Assembly: GCA_019651595.1 (NCBI GenBank)
Contig: BOYQ01000003.1
Location: 222,423-286,422 of the forward strand
Length of the DNA stretch: 64,000 nt
Source of the DNA: Candidatus Poseidoniales archaeon
GTDB lineage: Archaea > Thermoplasmatota > Poseidoniia > Poseidoniales > Poseidoniaceae
Reading direction: 5' to 3'
Each line of letters begins with the position of its first letter. Position 1 is the first letter of the stretch. Of this stretch, positions 62,291 through 64,000 are shown piece by piece. A program made the translations under genes and the position numbers. The notes below the pieces were generated by a model that saw only the letters and a list, made by a program, of their open reading frames with translations, made no database searches and had not been told where the DNA came from.

Positions 62291-62632
62291 TCACCCATTC
62301 TCAGGAAAGCCCAAGTTTTGGAGCTCTTCGTTTGGAATTTCAAAGATCCCCACCAAGGGCGGACCCAACAAAAGACCCTCAATGCCGCCGTCTTCCGCAT
62401 CCATCACCGTTTGGATTTCGGTCGAGACACGTTTCCAGTCAGCCGCAGAAACGAATGCCGATTGAACGAGCATCATGCTCGATGATTCTGCACCCGTGCC
62501 CATCCATGCCCCGATGCAGCCAGGTTGTCGCCGCTTGTACTCTTGACGAGCCCGCAACATTCGCCGTAGCCGCGCATCCGATCCTTTTCTGCCCGAGCAC
62601 ACAATGGTCTCTACCCATGCCATGATATTCAC
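62291..62632 (-). CDS. hypothetical small protein downstream of hutI (possibly ABM/Dabb-like)
   Basis: 113-aa ORF co-oriented with hutI. No convincing motif. A +strand ORF 62266-62625 overlaps it. Low confidence. Confidence 0.25.
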   Translation of the reverse strand: MNIMAWVETIVCSGRKGSDARLRRMLRARQEYKRRQPGCIGAWMGTGAESSSMMLVQSAFVSAADWKRVSTEIQTVMDAEDGGIEGLLLGPPLVGIFEIPNEELQNLGFPENG

Positions 62633-62692
62633 CTAATTATGATTTGAACAACATCTAATTGAAACCATAGTGGAATTACCTATAATCCAAAG

Positions 62693-63982
62693 TCAATGCG
62701 AAATGAATTGCCCGTTCAGAACCGTAGCGGAAAACGGGGAGCCCGATGGACGCAAACAAACGGCTTCCCAATGAGGTCCATCGACGATGTTGAAATTTGC
62801 AACGGCGCCTTCCTTGAGAACGCCGTGTGGCCGTCCCGACGGGTGGGGTGTGATTTTGGCTGCTGAAGCCGTGACCGCCTCCAAGGCCAACAGCGGATTC
62901 ATGCCGCATCGCTGAACCATCAGCGAACACATCAGCGGAAGGCTAAGTGTTTGGCAGTTTGGATTAAAATCGGTTGCGAGGGTAAACGGCACATCATGTT
63001 CCACGATGTCGGCCATATCGGGCCACTGATCGCCCATCGCATACGGCGTTCCCGGTAGGAATCCGGTGTTCACACCGTTTGATTTCATGTCCAAGCGCAC
63101 CTCCATGGGCGTGTGATACGCATGATCCGCCGTCTCAACACCGAGGGCCGAGGCGAGTTCAGCGCCGCCCCCATCCACAAATTCGTCAACGTGCATCCTT
63201 AATGCCAGGCCGGCCTTTCGTGAGGCTCGAAGAATGTCTTCGCTTTCTTCCACCGTGAACCACCCCGGTTCACAAAACACGTCAGCAGACCGAGCAATTC
63301 CTTGCTCGACGACGGCAGGCAGCTGTTCACTCAGCAAGGTTTCAACGTAAACCTCTCGAGGTGTTCCTGGAGGCGTGTCATGGGCTCCCATCCACGTTGA
63401 GTCGATGGTCGGTGTGTGCGAGATGCCGTTGAGGCGTGAGGCCACCTGGAGCAATCGCAATTCCGACTCGGTTGACAACCCGTAGCCACTCTTGGCTTCA
63501 AGGTGCGTTGTGCCCGTCCGGAGAGCTTCCCGTAATCGTTTGTAGCCAAGCGCGAACAACTCGTCATCACCCGCAAGGCGAGTGCTTTCAACCGTTGAAC
63601 GAATTCCACCGCCCATGGCCGCAATTTCAGCGTATGACTTCCCTGCCTGCCGCCAGGATACTTCCCTTGAGCGATCACCCGCCCAGAGCAGGTGGGTGTG
63701 GCCGTCGATCAGACCCGGGACGATCGATTGACCAGCCAAATCGTGTACGGCGAGGTCAGCGGTGGCGGCGTCAACGTCATCATGATGGAGGCTGTATTCA
63801 TCGACAACTTCATCTGAATCTTTGATAGATACAATAACGTCGTCTTCAATGATAATTGCTTTTCCAATGCCGTCTATTGAATTCTCATACGAAGTTCGCT
63901 CGTGGGCGAAATGCACGAGCGGACCGGCGTTGAGAAAGACGGCTCGCACGATTCGGTTGAGGGGAAGAGGGTTGAAGAACAA
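62693..63982 (-). CDS. hutI: imidazolonepropionase (amidohydrolase superfamily)
   Basis: …IVPGLIDGHTHLLWAGDRS… metal-binding HxH. …KSGYGLSTESE…. C-terminal …HVDEF…. Confidence 0.85.
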   Translation of the reverse strand: MFFNPLPLNRIVRAVFLNAGPLVHFAHERTSYENSIDGIGKAIIIEDDVIVSIKDSDEVVDEYSLHHDDVDAATADLAVHDLAGQSIVPGLIDGHTHLLWAGDRSREVSWRQAGKSYAEIAAMGGGIRSTVESTRLAGDDELFALGYKRLREALRTGTTHLEAKSGYGLSTESELRLLQVASRLNGISHTPTIDSTWMGAHDTPPGTPREVYVETLLSEQLPAVVEQGIARSADVFCEPGWFTVEESEDILRASRKAGLALRMHVDEFVDGGGAELASALGVETADHAYHTPMEVRLDMKSNGVNTGFLPGTPYAMGDQWPDMADIVEHDVPFTLATDFNPNCQTLSLPLMCSLMVQRCGMNPLLALEAVTASAAKITPHPSGRPHGVLKEGAVANFNIVDGPHWEAVCLRPSGSPFSATVLNGQFISH

Positions 63983-64000
63983 TCGGTTGCACGGTTGACC

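Noticed and set aside
1-64000. Mobile elements, integrases, toxin-antitoxin or restriction-modification / defence islands
   Set aside because: No transposase, integrase, recombinase, DDE or HNH signatures. No terminal inverted repeats and no defence-system hallmarks in any frame. The tRNA-Val has no integrase or att-like duplication nearby.

Overview
This 64 kb window is high-GC archaeal chromosomal DNA. PAN, proteasome alpha, aEF-2, the exosome subunits, Pcc1, prefoldin beta, PriS, Tsr3 and MBF1 are all present. The gene content is consistent with a Thermoplasmatota / Marine-Group-II-like heterotroph: an actin-like ATPase, a secreted S15 peptidase, an OPT peptide transporter, histidine catabolism and futalosine-route menaquinone genes. 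That taxonomic placement is an inference, not a computed result. The window is almost entirely coding.

Main blocks, in order:
1. A frameshifted purB, then the archaeal exosome/proteasome superoperon: psmA, sdo1, rrp4, rrp41, rrp42, rpl37ae, pcc1, pfdB, a DHH phosphoesterase and a TPR-like protein.
2. A NUDIX hydrolase, then a heavily frameshifted UbiD-like decarboxylase.
3. The str operon: rps12, rps7, a DsrE-like insert, and fusA.
4. A mevalonate pair: isopentenyl-phosphate kinase and a single ORF fusing type-1 IPP isomerase to GGPP synthase.
5. kptA, a thiolase with a DUF35-like partner, and a zinc-ribbon protein next to an actin-like ATPase.
6. Pentose-phosphate genes: fsa-type transaldolase and a split transketolase.
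7. An OPT transporter facing a Ca-type P-ATPase.
8. A futalosine cluster (mqnC/E, mqnA, mqnD) followed by a half-size deoxyhypusine-hydroxylase-like HEAT protein.
9. priS, a proline-rich protein with a K/A-tailed membrane protein, an alpha/beta hydrolase, a CorC/CNNM transporter and metG.
10. Histidine degradation: ftcD and a cyclodeaminase, later hutU, hutH and hutI. These are interrupted by pan, mbf1, tsr3, fdhD, a YdeP-type molybdoenzyme, an MFS transporter and an S15 peptidase.
11. An EF-hand / double zinc-ribbon membrane protein and tRNA-Val(GAC).

I found no CRISPR array, transposase, integrase or recognisable defence system.

The assembly carries many single-base indels. Universally essential single-copy genes (rps12, fusA, pan) are frameshifted, and there are three roughly 1 kb patches dense with G/C homopolymer runs. 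The frameshifts are therefore most likely sequencing or assembly artefacts rather than real pseudogenes.

The most interesting candidates are:
- the half-DOHH-like protein;
- the IDI–GGPPS fusion;
- the zinc-ribbon protein plus actin-like ATPase pair;
- the EF-hand membrane protein together with the Ca-ATPase;
- the proline-rich protein plus K/A-tailed membrane protein pair.
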